Shown: piece after piece, positions 16,785 to 26,225 of the stretch | How the letters are laid out: every line of letters starts with the position of its first letter | Numbering within the stretch: position 1 is the stretch's first letter | Assembly (NCBI GenBank): GCA_965205685.1 | Contig: OZ242174.1 | Location: forward strand, 285,231 to 349,230 | Length of the DNA: 64,000 bases | Source: Gammaproteobacteria bacterium | GTDB lineage: Bacteria; Pseudomonadota; Gammaproteobacteria; UBA4575 | Direction: 5' to 3' | The notes under the pieces: generated by a model | Told to the model about the DNA's origin: nothing | What the model saw: the letters and a program-made list of their open reading frames with translations, nothing else | Database searches by the model: none | Program-made: the position numbers and the translations under genes

Positions 16785-19184
16785 TCAGGCGATGACCGCC
16801 ACGGGGTTGAGGTCAGCCTCGGCCAGCGGTGCCGTGCGCCTGCCCACCTGCACCGGCACCTCGTACAGGCGCCCCGGGGCAAAGCGCTCCCAGAAGTGGC
16901 GCATGCCCGGCACGATGACCCGTGCCACCGGCATGCCGATATCGGGCCGGGTCTGCTCGAGCACCAGCATCTCCAGGCCCTTGTCGGCCACCAGGGTACA
17001 GCAGCGCTCGACGTCCTCCTTGATGTCGGCAGTCTCGGGCAGCGGGTAGTCCGTCCGTCCCCGCGCGGGTACCCCGGGGTCCGGAGCCAGGTAGGGATGA
17101 TCCTCGAGCCTCGCGTTCTGCCACCAGGCGAGGCACATCGGGTCATCGACCCCGTATCCGGTGTGCCCGGCCTGCGGGCGCGGAACCCAGGTCAGGCACT
17201 GGTTCATCTCGCACACTGCCCGCAAGGCGGCGATGCGCGCATCGGTGTGTGCTCCGGCCCCGTACAGGATGTCTTCGGACTGCGCATCGGTCCTGCGCGA
17301 CAGGGCCACGAAGGCCGGGATGGGAAAATCGGCGCTGACGTCGAGCAGCCACATGTCGCGCTCGAGCGTTCGGTAGTAGTCCGGTGCACCGGCCAGGTAG
17401 TCGTCGTTGAAACTCTCAAGCTCGACGCGCGGACAGCGCAGGCGGTTGTACCACCAGATAGAGAAGGCATCGCGCTCCACCAGCTCGAGAAAGCCCTGCA
17501 GGATGGCCTCCTCCAGCGTGTTGCCGGCCGCGCACCCGTTCGAGTCCGCCCAAAGATCCCGCGGGCCGCGCTGCTCGGGGGTCATGCCGTAGAGTATCGA
17601 GGTCGGCAGGTAGCAGTGGCGCGCGCGGGTGAGCGAGTACACCGGCGACCAGTCGACCTCGGCTTCCACATTAAAGCGCGGGGGAATGATGTTGTAGGGG
17701 TGCGCGCGGGCATTAATATCATCGGCGTGCTCGAGCTGGTGGTCGCTGAACAGCTGCACCTCGTTCGGATGGATGGCCTGCCCGTCTTCGCCCTGGCCTT
17801 CGAACTCCGAATAGCGCTTGCGGGTGCGGATCTCATCGCCGTGGAAGGCGCCCGAATAGCGCTCGATGGCCTCGCAAAGCGCGCTCGCCTGCGACTGCTC
17901 GGGCGTGCTTCCCTTGCCCGCGCTCTTGCTTCGAAGGCTGCGCCGCAGCGAACTCAGGCTCTTGATGCGAAGCGCCAGGTTGGAGCCTGCCCAGTGCACG
18001 TGCAGCCAGGAGTCGCTGACCTCCGTGGTGCGTTCCAGCCAGCTGACCACGCCGCTGACCGGGCTGATCAGGTGGCGGTAGCGGGCCAGGGTCTGCTCCG
18101 GATGGACCGCGCGAAGCCCGCCGCTGTTTTGCACATCCTTCGGGCTGGGCTTGAGCTGCACTGCCCGTGGCGGGCGATCCGCCCGGTAGTGCGTTTCCTC
18201 GCCACACACGGGACACTGCGGGCGCCTGCACACGGGATGGCTCTGCGTTTTCAGAGGACCAAGTTCGAGCGTGATGGCATTCGAGTGGATCGGGGCACGC
18301 TCGGTGAAGACCAGCCACTTGGCGATCTCGGCCGCGATCAGTGCGTGCACGGCGCCCAGCAGCCCGGGCTCGGCGGCGAAGGCACGAAAAGCGCCTGCCT
18401 CGCCCTCGCGGTTGCGCACGAAGGTGTGGACCTCTTGGTGGTTTTGCAGGCGGTAGGCGAGACAGTTCCAGCACGGCCCGCCCGTGCCCGGTCGAAACAC
18501 CGGACCGATGAGCGGGCTGGTCCCCTTGGGACGGGCCAGCATCCAGGGGCGGCCCGAGGCCAGGTGCCCGCGGTTGAGGCCGGCGTGCTGCGCATCGAGA
18601 TAGTCCTCGCAGACCACCACGTCAAGTGCCTCACCCTGTGGGCTCACGGCCACCCCGAGCGACTCCAGCGCACCCGTGAGGGCACATTCCTCGTCCCCGG
18701 CCACGCTCACACCCGTGCTCTCCAGGCGCTCCTCGACGAACCGCGGGGAGGCCCCGAGCGAGGACCACCAGGCTGCGCGCTCGCGCGCCATGCGGTATTC
18801 ACCTGAAACGATGTAGCCTCGCGAGGTGAGGGATTTGAGCCAGGCGTTGGGGTCTTGGCCAACCCACTGTGCCCCCAGGGTAGCGGTGATCTCGTCGTGG
18901 CTGTTCGTGCCATCCAGCAGCGCCAGCAGCGGTCCGTAGAATGGACCGTGCAGCAGCGTGTTGAAGGATTCGGAGACGAGCAGCACGCGCTCCTCATCGA
19001 GGATCCGGTACTCGAGATGCGGGGCCAGCACGGGCATTTCGATAACGCCGGTATCGGCCGCACTCACCTTGTGCAACAGGCCTTGCGGGGCAGTCGCATT
19101 CGGCCCTGTGCCCGCCGCGTGCGGGCTGTGTGGTCCTGGCATACCCGAATCCGCAACCATGCTCCGTAGCATAAAGGGGATCAC
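16785..19184 (-). CDS. TOMM-type cyclodehydratase: E1-like (ThiF-like) docking domain fused to YcaO
   Basis: The N-terminal domain has a CxxC…CxxC zinc tetrad (CWNC…CPVC). The C-terminal YcaO region includes SGGLRAVHPEQTLARY and ALCEAIERYSG. This architecture co-occurs with NHLP/Nif11 precursors. Confidence 0.85.
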   Translation of the reverse strand: MIPFMLRSMVADSGMPGPHSPHAAGTGPNATAPQGLLHKVSAADTGVIEMPVLAPHLEYRILDEERVLLVSESFNTLLHGPFYGPLLALLDGTNSHDEITATLGAQWVGQDPNAWLKSLTSRGYIVSGEYRMARERAAWWSSLGASPRFVEERLESTGVSVAGDEECALTGALESLGVAVSPQGEALDVVVCEDYLDAQHAGLNRGHLASGRPWMLARPKGTSPLIGPVFRPGTGGPCWNCLAYRLQNHQEVHTFVRNREGEAGAFRAFAAEPGLLGAVHALIAAEIAKWLVFTERAPIHSNAITLELGPLKTQSHPVCRRPQCPVCGEETHYRADRPPRAVQLKPSPKDVQNSGGLRAVHPEQTLARYRHLISPVSGVVSWLERTTEVSDSWLHVHWAGSNLALRIKSLSSLRRSLRSKSAGKGSTPEQSQASALCEAIERYSGAFHGDEIRTRKRYSEFEGQGEDGQAIHPNEVQLFSDHQLEHADDINARAHPYNIIPPRFNVEAEVDWSPVYSLTRARHCYLPTSILYGMTPEQRGPRDLWADSNGCAAGNTLEEAILQGFLELVERDAFSIWWYNRLRCPRVELESFNDDYLAGAPDYYRTLERDMWLLDVSADFPIPAFVALSRRTDAQSEDILYGAGAHTDARIAALRAVCEMNQCLTWVPRPQAGHTGYGVDDPMCLAWWQNARLEDHPYLAPDPGVPARGRTDYPLPETADIKEDVERCCTLVADKGLEMLVLEQTRPDIGMPVARVIVPGMRHFWERFAPGRLYEVPVQVGRRTAPLAEADLNPVAVIA

Positions 19185-19294
19185 AGGCGCTGACCAGCGT
19201 GAAATGCGCCAGTCCGGCGCCTTGACATGCCAATCCCGATGCGGACAATGAATTTCAATGATGAATACATTCCAGCGCTTGGCTGGAGGTTGTT

Positions 19295-21763
19295 ATGGCG
19301 ATAGGTAATGTAGAGCCGGGTGGTGTGGGTGCCGGTGCCGGCCCTCGAGGCGGCATCATCGAGCCGACGATCTGGGCGGCCCTTCCGTATTTCATCTCGC
19401 TGATGGTCTTCCCCTTGATGCTGCTGGCCGCCACCTTCGGGGGCTGGTGGCTGCTTGGTCCGGCCTTCTATTTCATGCTGGCGGGCTGGTTCGACAAGCT
19501 GTTCGGCACGGAAACGCGCAACATGGACCCGGAGGCCACCCTGGAGAGCCAGCTGGTCCTGTACAAGCTGGCAATCTGGGCCTGGGCACTTCTGTGGCTG
19601 GTGACGTTCGTCTATGCGCTCTGGCAGATCCTGGTTGTGGGCCAGCTGGCGCTGTGGGAGAGCCTGCTGCTGGCCGTCCTGCTGGCCCTGGTGGGACAGG
19701 CGGTGTTCATCGCCGGACATGAGCTGATCCATCAACGTGCCCTGTGGGAGCGTCGCCTGGGCGAGCTTTTGCTGGCGTCCGTGTCGTACCCGATCTACGC
19801 CACCGAACACATCTACGTGCACCATGCCCTGGTGTGCACGCCGGCCGATCACGGCACGGCGATCAAGGGTCAGAGCTTCTGGCAGTACCTGCCGAAGGAT
19901 CTTGCCGCAAGCCTGCGCGAGTCCTGGCGTTTTGAGTGCAGCCGGCTGTCGAGGCGGCACCTGCCGGTGTGGCATTACAGCAACCCGTTCTGGCGCTATG
20001 GCCTGACGATGGCCGGATGGTATCTGCTGGTCTACTGGATGGGCGGGATCTGGGCGGTGCTGGTGTTTGCGCTGTTTTGCTCGGGCATCATCCTGTCCAT
20101 GAAAATCATCAACTACGTGCAGCACTACGGGTTGCAGCGCATCCGCTTGCCCAATGGCCGCTTCGAGCGTGTCGCGCCCCGCCATTCCTGGAGTGCGGCC
20201 AGCAAGTTCACCAACTGGATCTACTACAACATGCAGCGCCATGCCGACCATCACATCGAGGCCACCCGCTACTATCCGCTGCTGCAGCATCACGGCGAGG
20301 AGGAATCCCCGCAGCTGCCCAGGAACTATTCCGAGATGGCCGGGCTCGCCGTGGCCCCCAAACGCTGGTTCGAGGTCATGGATCCGATGGTGGACCGCTG
20401 GCGCGCGCGCTTCTATCCGCATATCAGTGACTGGAGCGCCTACGACAGTGCGGCCTTCGTAGCCCGCCCGGAATCGATCGAGCGCATCCAGGAAATCCTC
20501 GGAGCCTCGCCGCGCCTGACCGAGTGGATCAACGCCGCCCCGGAACTGCTGGACTGCCTCGAGGAGCGCGAGTTCACCGACCTGGACTTGCCCGACGGCT
20601 TCGGCCCGGACACGGGCTTTGAGACGATCGCGCGCAAGGGGCTTGCGCGGTTGTACTGGACGCATGAATTCGGCGTGGTAGAGATGACCGAGCAGCTGTC
20701 CGAGCTGCCGGCACAGGGCGAGCGCGAGAAAGTCGAGACCGTGCGCAACTGGCTCAACGACAAGGTCTTCCAGGTGAGCGTGCACGTGATGCGCGGCAAC
20801 CTCTCGCCGGTGGAGGCAGGACCCGTGTTCACGAACCTTGCACAGGCCTCGATCTCCGTGCTGCTGGCCGCCGTCGAGGACGAGTACCGCTCCACTTCGA
20901 GGCGTGCACGACGTTCCCGCGGCGCACTGGCCGCAGTCCTGCTCGGCGATGCGGCGAGCGGCGAAGCCGTTCCCGGTTGCGAACTCGAGGTTGCGTTCGT
21001 GTACCAGGGCACTCCGCCCGAGTACTACCGGGCCCTGGGGACACGCCTTTACAATGCACTGCGCGCGTTCTCCCATGAGAACCTGCTGTTCATCGAGGTC
21101 CCGCGCACCCGGGAAGCCCCGCGGGTACGCTCCCTGGAGGAATTTTCCGAGCACTACAGGACTGAGGGCACGGCCAGCGAGCTGCACGCGCTGATGCAGG
21201 CGCGTTGCGTGTTTGCACCGGTCGACTCCAGCCTGGACGTTCAGTTCGACAAGGTACGCTGCGAGGTGCTGACGCACGGGGCTGCTCGTCTTGAACTGCT
21301 GGACAAGCTCTCGGAGGCGTGTGGCGATGCCCCCCAGCCGGGGCTTGCCTCCATCGAGGACATGCACGGCGGCCAGGATGAACTCGAACGTGCGGCGCGC
21401 TGGGTGCAGTTGACCCATGCCGAGGATGCCCTGACCCTGCTGGTACCCGATACCGCCTCCGTGTTCGAAACGGCCGGCGGCTGCGGGCTGATGGATGAAC
21501 AAGCGGCCACGCGCCTGGCCGAGGCCACCCGCCTGTGGAGAAATATCCAAGGCGCCCTGCAGATGGTGGTGGGCTATCCCCTGGACGGGGAGGCGCTGGA
21601 CCCCAAGGTCAAGGCGGCCATTGCGCGTGCCTGCGCACAGGATGATTTTGATGAACTGGCCGAGCTCATTCGCGAGACCGCATCGCGCGCCGGCCTCGAT
21701 CTTGGTGCCCTGGAGGGTTTGCGGGAGAGTGATTCGGACCCCTTGCAGGATGCGCCCGGATAG
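19295..21763 (+). CDS. AlkB-like integral-membrane di-iron hydroxylase/desaturase fused to a GlnE/GlnD-like nucleotidyltransferase-type C-terminal domain
   Basis: His boxes HELIH, EHIYVHH, NYVQHYGL and RHADHH match the AlkB family. The C-terminal ~470 aa has a GlnE-like helical region and a degenerate NTase motif (GDAASGEAVPGCELEVAFVY). Confidence 0.65.
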   Translation: MAIGNVEPGGVGAGAGPRGGIIEPTIWAALPYFISLMVFPLMLLAATFGGWWLLGPAFYFMLAGWFDKLFGTETRNMDPEATLESQLVLYKLAIWAWALLWLVTFVYALWQILVVGQLALWESLLLAVLLALVGQAVFIAGHELIHQRALWERRLGELLLASVSYPIYATEHIYVHHALVCTPADHGTAIKGQSFWQYLPKDLAASLRESWRFECSRLSRRHLPVWHYSNPFWRYGLTMAGWYLLVYWMGGIWAVLVFALFCSGIILSMKIINYVQHYGLQRIRLPNGRFERVAPRHSWSAASKFTNWIYYNMQRHADHHIEATRYYPLLQHHGEEESPQLPRNYSEMAGLAVAPKRWFEVMDPMVDRWRARFYPHISDWSAYDSAAFVARPESIERIQEILGASPRLTEWINAAPELLDCLEEREFTDLDLPDGFGPDTGFETIARKGLARLYWTHEFGVVEMTEQLSELPAQGEREKVETVRNWLNDKVFQVSVHVMRGNLSPVEAGPVFTNLAQASISVLLAAVEDEYRSTSRRARRSRGALAAVLLGDAASGEAVPGCELEVAFVYQGTPPEYYRALGTRLYNALRAFSHENLLFIEVPRTREAPRVRSLEEFSEHYRTEGTASELHALMQARCVFAPVDSSLDVQFDKVRCEVLTHGAARLELLDKLSEACGDAPQPGLASIEDMHGGQDELERAARWVQLTHAEDALTLLVPDTASVFETAGGCGLMDEQAATRLAEATRLWRNIQGALQMVVGYPLDGEALDPKVKAAIARACAQDDFDELAELIRETASRAGLDLGALEGLRESDSDPLQDAPG

Positions 21764-21877
21764 CACGCCTCATACGAGTTGAATAGCAAGCGCGAGCGCG
21801 CCTGATTTACAATTCCCCTCCACGGTGACCGCAGCCTTGCGGGGGATTACCGAGAGAACCCCCGGACCGGAACCCGT

Positions 21878-24385
21878 TTGAGAACATACATGATGACGCA
21901 CCCTGTCTTTTGCCAGCCTCGCGTGCCGGGTTCATCCGGCGGTCTTGCGGGCAAGGGAACCCTGCGCCTGGCCGGTCTTGTGCTGGTCATGGCCCTCGGT
22001 GCCTGCGGGGGTGGCGGAGGAGGAGGCTCCAGTTCGGATACCCAGCCGCCTGCAACGCCCCCTCAGGGGGGCTCCGACCCGGTAGAAACCCCGGAGCAGC
22101 AAACCCCGGTCGAGATGGCCGCCCCGGCACCGACCCTGACACCACCATCGCTACCGTCATTACCCCCGGACCCCTCCACGCTGTGTATCCAGACGGTCAA
22201 CAAGGGCTGCCTTGGGCTTGCGGAATTCGACAATGAGGTGAGTGGCCGGATGACGGTCTACGAGAACCAGCGCAACTTCAACAACCAGTGGGGCCTGTCC
22301 AGCATCCGTGCGCAACGCGCCTATGCCCACATGGAGTTGCTCACCGGGCTTCCCATTGACCCGGGCGAGGGGGTGACGATCGGCTTCGTGGACTCCGGCA
22401 TCGATCTATCCCACCAGCTGTTTGCCGGTTCGACCATCAACGAGGTCTTCCTGGGCGGGGCCAGCAACGAAACCGGTACCCGGTTCTCCCATGGCACCGC
22501 GGTGGCCAGCGTGGCGGCGGCTCCGCGAATCGTCACGACCGTCAATGCCAGTCACGGTGTCGCCTGGGGTGCAAACATCGCCATGTTCGCCATTCCGACG
22601 GGCCGGGGCCCGGCGGGCTACAACCCGATTACACTGGCCGGCCTGCAGTCCCGCGACAGCTTCTGGACGACCGTCATCAACGGTGCCCTGAACTGGCGAA
22701 GCGGAACGAGGAGGGTGGATTTCCTGAATCTCAGCGTGGGTTCGGAGGGCATCATCAACAGTTACAGCGAGCGCGAGCTGCGCGCTAATTTCAGCAATGC
22801 CATCGCCGCGATGGCCCAGCGCGGCGCAAGCGAGAAGACCGTGCTGGTATGGGCAGCCGGCAACGGCCACGGGGATTCGTGTCAGGCTGGAGAAGACTAC
22901 TGCCGGAACCTGGCGATCAATGCGGCCTCGGTCGAGGTGCTGCCTGGCCTGATGGCCCGCATCCCGGAGCTTCGCGGACATACGGTCGCCGTGACGGCCA
23001 TCGGTGAGGACGGCCTGATTACCGATTTCTCCAACCGTTGCGGTATCGCCGCGAACTGGTGCCTGGCTGCCCCGGGCGAGGATGTCCTGGCGGCCTATTT
23101 CGGGCCGCACGAGGGCCAGGACGGATTCCGGGGCATCGCGACCGTCGATGGCACCTCGTTTGCCGCCCCCATGGTCTCCGGTGGGCTGGCGGTGATGAAG
23201 CAGTTGTTCAGAAACCAGCTCTCCAACACGGCCTTGCTGTCCAGGCTGCTCGACACTGCCAATGACCGCGGGATCTATGCCAACCGCTTGATATACGGTC
23301 ACGGCCTGATGGACCTCGGCGCTGCTACCTCGCCCGTCGGGCTGCTCGAGGTTCCCCGGCAAACTAGCATCGGCACTCCGGGCGTATTGCTGCAGACCAC
23401 GCAGCTGCAGACTGGACCGGCCTTCGGTGACGGCCTCGTGCAATCACTGCGCGGGCACGAGATGGCTGCCTTCGATGCCCTCGGTGCGCCCTTCTGGTTT
23501 GATCTCGGCAGTTTCGCTACATCAGCCTCTGAACCCTCGGTGAACGTGCAGCTGCGGGACTTCCTGTCCGCCGCCCCCGACAGCCGCACCCCGCTGGGCG
23601 AGGACTTCGATTTCAGCTACGTGCAGGAACTGGTCTCGCCCGGGCTTTCTGCCTCACGCTGGAGGCTTGGCTTGCTGGAGATGCCGGGGGTAGGCCAGGC
23701 CGGTCATTTCGCACGTGCCGAGCCGGCCGTGGCACTGAGCGTGTCGGACCCGTCCGGTTTCTCAGCGAGTGCGTTCACGAGCGAAGGCACGACGGATGAA
23801 GCTCCGGCCACCGGTGCGCTGGTGTCCTGGCAGGCTGCGGGCACTGTAGCCCTGCATGCCGGGTGGCTAGGTGAGTCTGATTCCCTGCTTGGTGCCCGTG
23901 CGGAAGGTGCATTTGGCGAGCTGGGCGCGGATGCCGTCTTTTTCGGGCTGTCGATAGATTCGGAGCTTGCCGGCTGGGCCCTTGGGGCGAGTGCCGAGAT
24001 CGGCCGGGTACGTCCCGCGTCCACGCGGGGCCTGATCACCGGGGTCTCCTCGCTTGCAACCAGCACGTTCGCGGTTCGCGCCACCCGGGAAGTCGGTGAG
24101 GCCGGCACGTTTCGCTTGTCGGTGTCACAGCCGCTTCGCATCGAGGGGGGCCACGCCTCCCTCAAAGTCCCCGTTGGGCGCACCCCTGCGGGCATCGTCC
24201 TGCAACGTTCCATGACTGCCCGCCTGGCGCCGAGCGGTCGCCAGGTGGATGTGGCCGCGCACTGGCGCCAGCCCCTGGTCCTGGGCGAATGGCGCCTTGG
24301 CGCGACCTGGTCGCATGAGCCCGAGCACCGTGAAGAAGCGGAAGCCGAATTCACCTTGCTGAGCGGCTGGCTGTACAGCTTCTGA
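21878..24385 (+). CDS. subtilisin-like (S8) serine protease lipoprotein with C-terminal autotransporter-like beta-barrel (NalP-like)
   Basis: Lipobox LGAC followed by a Gly/Ser linker. Catalytic triad contexts FVDSGID, HGTAVAS, GTSFAAPMVSG. The C-terminus ends …LSGWLYSF. Confidence 0.8.
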   Translation: MRTYMMTHPVFCQPRVPGSSGGLAGKGTLRLAGLVLVMALGACGGGGGGGSSSDTQPPATPPQGGSDPVETPEQQTPVEMAAPAPTLTPPSLPSLPPDPSTLCIQTVNKGCLGLAEFDNEVSGRMTVYENQRNFNNQWGLSSIRAQRAYAHMELLTGLPIDPGEGVTIGFVDSGIDLSHQLFAGSTINEVFLGGASNETGTRFSHGTAVASVAAAPRIVTTVNASHGVAWGANIAMFAIPTGRGPAGYNPITLAGLQSRDSFWTTVINGALNWRSGTRRVDFLNLSVGSEGIINSYSERELRANFSNAIAAMAQRGASEKTVLVWAAGNGHGDSCQAGEDYCRNLAINAASVEVLPGLMARIPELRGHTVAVTAIGEDGLITDFSNRCGIAANWCLAAPGEDVLAAYFGPHEGQDGFRGIATVDGTSFAAPMVSGGLAVMKQLFRNQLSNTALLSRLLDTANDRGIYANRLIYGHGLMDLGAATSPVGLLEVPRQTSIGTPGVLLQTTQLQTGPAFGDGLVQSLRGHEMAAFDALGAPFWFDLGSFATSASEPSVNVQLRDFLSAAPDSRTPLGEDFDFSYVQELVSPGLSASRWRLGLLEMPGVGQAGHFARAEPAVALSVSDPSGFSASAFTSEGTTDEAPATGALVSWQAAGTVALHAGWLGESDSLLGARAEGAFGELGADAVFFGLSIDSELAGWALGASAEIGRVRPASTRGLITGVSSLATSTFAVRATREVGEAGTFRLSVSQPLRIEGGHASLKVPVGRTPAGIVLQRSMTARLAPSGRQVDVAAHWRQPLVLGEWRLGATWSHEPEHREEAEAEFTLLSGWLYSF

Positions 24386-24657
24386 GCCCTCGTGCCGGAT
24401 TGCGGGCGTACCGGTTGACCGGAAGCCGCCTGCCGTACCCGGGCGGTCTGGTGATCTGGGGTAATCTGGTCTGGGGTTCGGACGGACGTCCGGATCAGGG
24501 ATGCAGGGGGTTCGGGTCTTGGCCGGACTGCGGCCCAATGTTCACGGCATCAAGTGCCGACCTTCGTTCACGTTTGATCCGGAGACGATGCGATGGGCAA
24601 TGCAGTGTATGGGATCTGCTCTGGCAGACCTGCCCGGCCCGCTTCACTCGGCGTCGA

Positions 24658-24945
24658 TCAGCTTCCGTCTTGCATCACTTGCGCCAGGGCATTCTCCGCG
24701 CTGTCGAACATTTCCTGCAGGATTGACTTGCGTTCCAGCTTGAGCGACTCGACCTGCGCCCACAGCGCCTCTTTGATCTTCGCGGTCGCCTGTTCACGTT
24801 GCTCGACCGAGAGGGTGCAGTCGTTCTTGAATTCGTGCTTTTCGATCACGAAGTCTGCAATCCCGAGGATATTGTCCGTGACAATACTGAAATCGACGGA
24901 ACTCTTGACGTTCTCCAGTATTTCCTGGTCATCATTTTCAGACAT
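24658..24945 (-). CDS. small hypothetical protein (95 aa), AT-richer
   Basis: Start MSENDDQEIL with an AAGGAG RBS 6-8 nt upstream. The region has lower GC than its surroundings. Confidence 0.4.
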   Translation of the reverse strand: MSENDDQEILENVKSSVDFSIVTDNILGIADFVIEKHEFKNDCTLSVEQREQATAKIKEALWAQVESLKLERKSILQEMFDSAENALAQVMQDGS

Positions 24946-25045
24946 GGGGTTCTCCTTAATAAGGAACAAGTATATACAAAGCACCCGGGCATGAGAAGAA
25001 ATACAAGACGTTATGGGCTAGGGTGGAGTGCCCCCTGCACAGGAT

Positions 25046-26176
25046 TCATGAAGTGCCGGGTTCGCGGCTGCTGGCCAGGACTTGGGGCGCCTCCACAGAT
25101 CCCAGTTCGATCATCTGCGAGAACATGTCGGTGATGGCCTGCTCGGTGGCACGGTATTGCATGCCCAGGGATTGCCTGGACTTGGAATTGTCGGCGCGCC
25201 AGGGATGTCTCATGTTCTTGCGAACAACCGGGCGGGTGAAGGCCTTGTCGGCCCGCGGCCCCACCAGCCAGAGGAGCCATTTCGGCAGCACCCGGTGGGG
25301 AAACGGCCGATGATCCTTGAACAGGGCATGCAACAGTGCGGACACGTCGATGAGGCGTTTCACATCGGAGAAGATGATGTGGCGCCCTTGCGCCCCGGGC
25401 AGGAAGCCTGCACGCAGGTGGGCTTCGGCCACGTCACGCACATCCACCATGCCGGTCTCGTAGGGGGGCACGCCCGCTTTCAGGGTGCCGTCTGCGAACT
25501 TCTTGATCAGTGAGAAGGAGTAGGCCTCGGGAATGTAGTCGGTGACACAGGGCCCGAGGACCAGCCCCGGGTTGACAGTCACCAGGCGCCAGCGATCCTG
25601 GGCTTCGGCAATTTCCCAGGCGATGCGTTCCGCCTGCGTCTTCGAGTAGGGATAGGGCTGGTGCTTGGGTGTGGATGTCGTGTTCCAGGCCTCCTCATTG
25701 AGGACCTTGCCCGGCAGCTTCGCGATATCCGCGTTGTCGCCGTAGGTTGCGACCACGGAACTGGTCAGCACCACCCGGCGCACGCTGCCCGTGACGTTGA
25801 CGCTGTCCAGCACGCTGCGGGTGCCGAGCACGGCGGGATCGATCAGCTCGCGCTGCGGGTCGCGAACGGCAAGCTCAAATGGTGAGGCGGTATGAAAGAC
25901 CACGCTGCAGCCCTTCATGGCCCGGGTGTAGCTGCCGCGTTCAAGCAGGTCGGCCTGGAAGAACTGGATGGAGCCCGGCAGTTCACGGCGCATGCGCACG
26001 ATGTGTGTCATCTGGTTGGCGATGCCCGGGTTGCGCACCGCCGCATGCACGCTGAAGCCCTCCTCCAGCAGCCGCCGGGTCAGCCAGCCCGCGACGTAGC
26101 CGGTGGCCCCGGTTACCAGTACCGGCGCCGAGGTATCGTACTCCAGAGCAAGCGGGGATTCCTGAGGCTTCTGCAT
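25046..26176 (-). CDS. NAD-dependent epimerase/dehydratase family (SDR) protein
   Basis: Rossmann motif VLVTGATGYVAGWLTRRLL. It resembles the 3-beta-HSD/dihydroflavonol-reductase-like subfamily. Confidence 0.8.
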   Translation of the reverse strand: MQKPQESPLALEYDTSAPVLVTGATGYVAGWLTRRLLEEGFSVHAAVRNPGIANQMTHIVRMRRELPGSIQFFQADLLERGSYTRAMKGCSVVFHTASPFELAVRDPQRELIDPAVLGTRSVLDSVNVTGSVRRVVLTSSVVATYGDNADIAKLPGKVLNEEAWNTTSTPKHQPYPYSKTQAERIAWEIAEAQDRWRLVTVNPGLVLGPCVTDYIPEAYSFSLIKKFADGTLKAGVPPYETGMVDVRDVAEAHLRAGFLPGAQGRHIIFSDVKRLIDVSALLHALFKDHRPFPHRVLPKWLLWLVGPRADKAFTRPVVRKNMRHPWRADNSKSRQSLGMQYRATEQAITDMFSQMIELGSVEAPQVLASSREPGTS

Positions 26177-26225
26177 TGAGGCAGAATAGGCCAGGACAGG
26201 CGCTTATGGAAGCCCTGGCGTGCCC

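Noticed and set aside
14725-18806. Two long plus-strand ORFs (774 aa and 700 aa)
   Set aside because: They are antisense to the RND exporter and YcaO genes. They have extreme Arg/Gly/His bias and no domains.
19181-21766. 861-aa minus-strand ORF
   Set aside because: It is antisense to the AlkB-like fusion gene, which has unambiguous His-box motifs.
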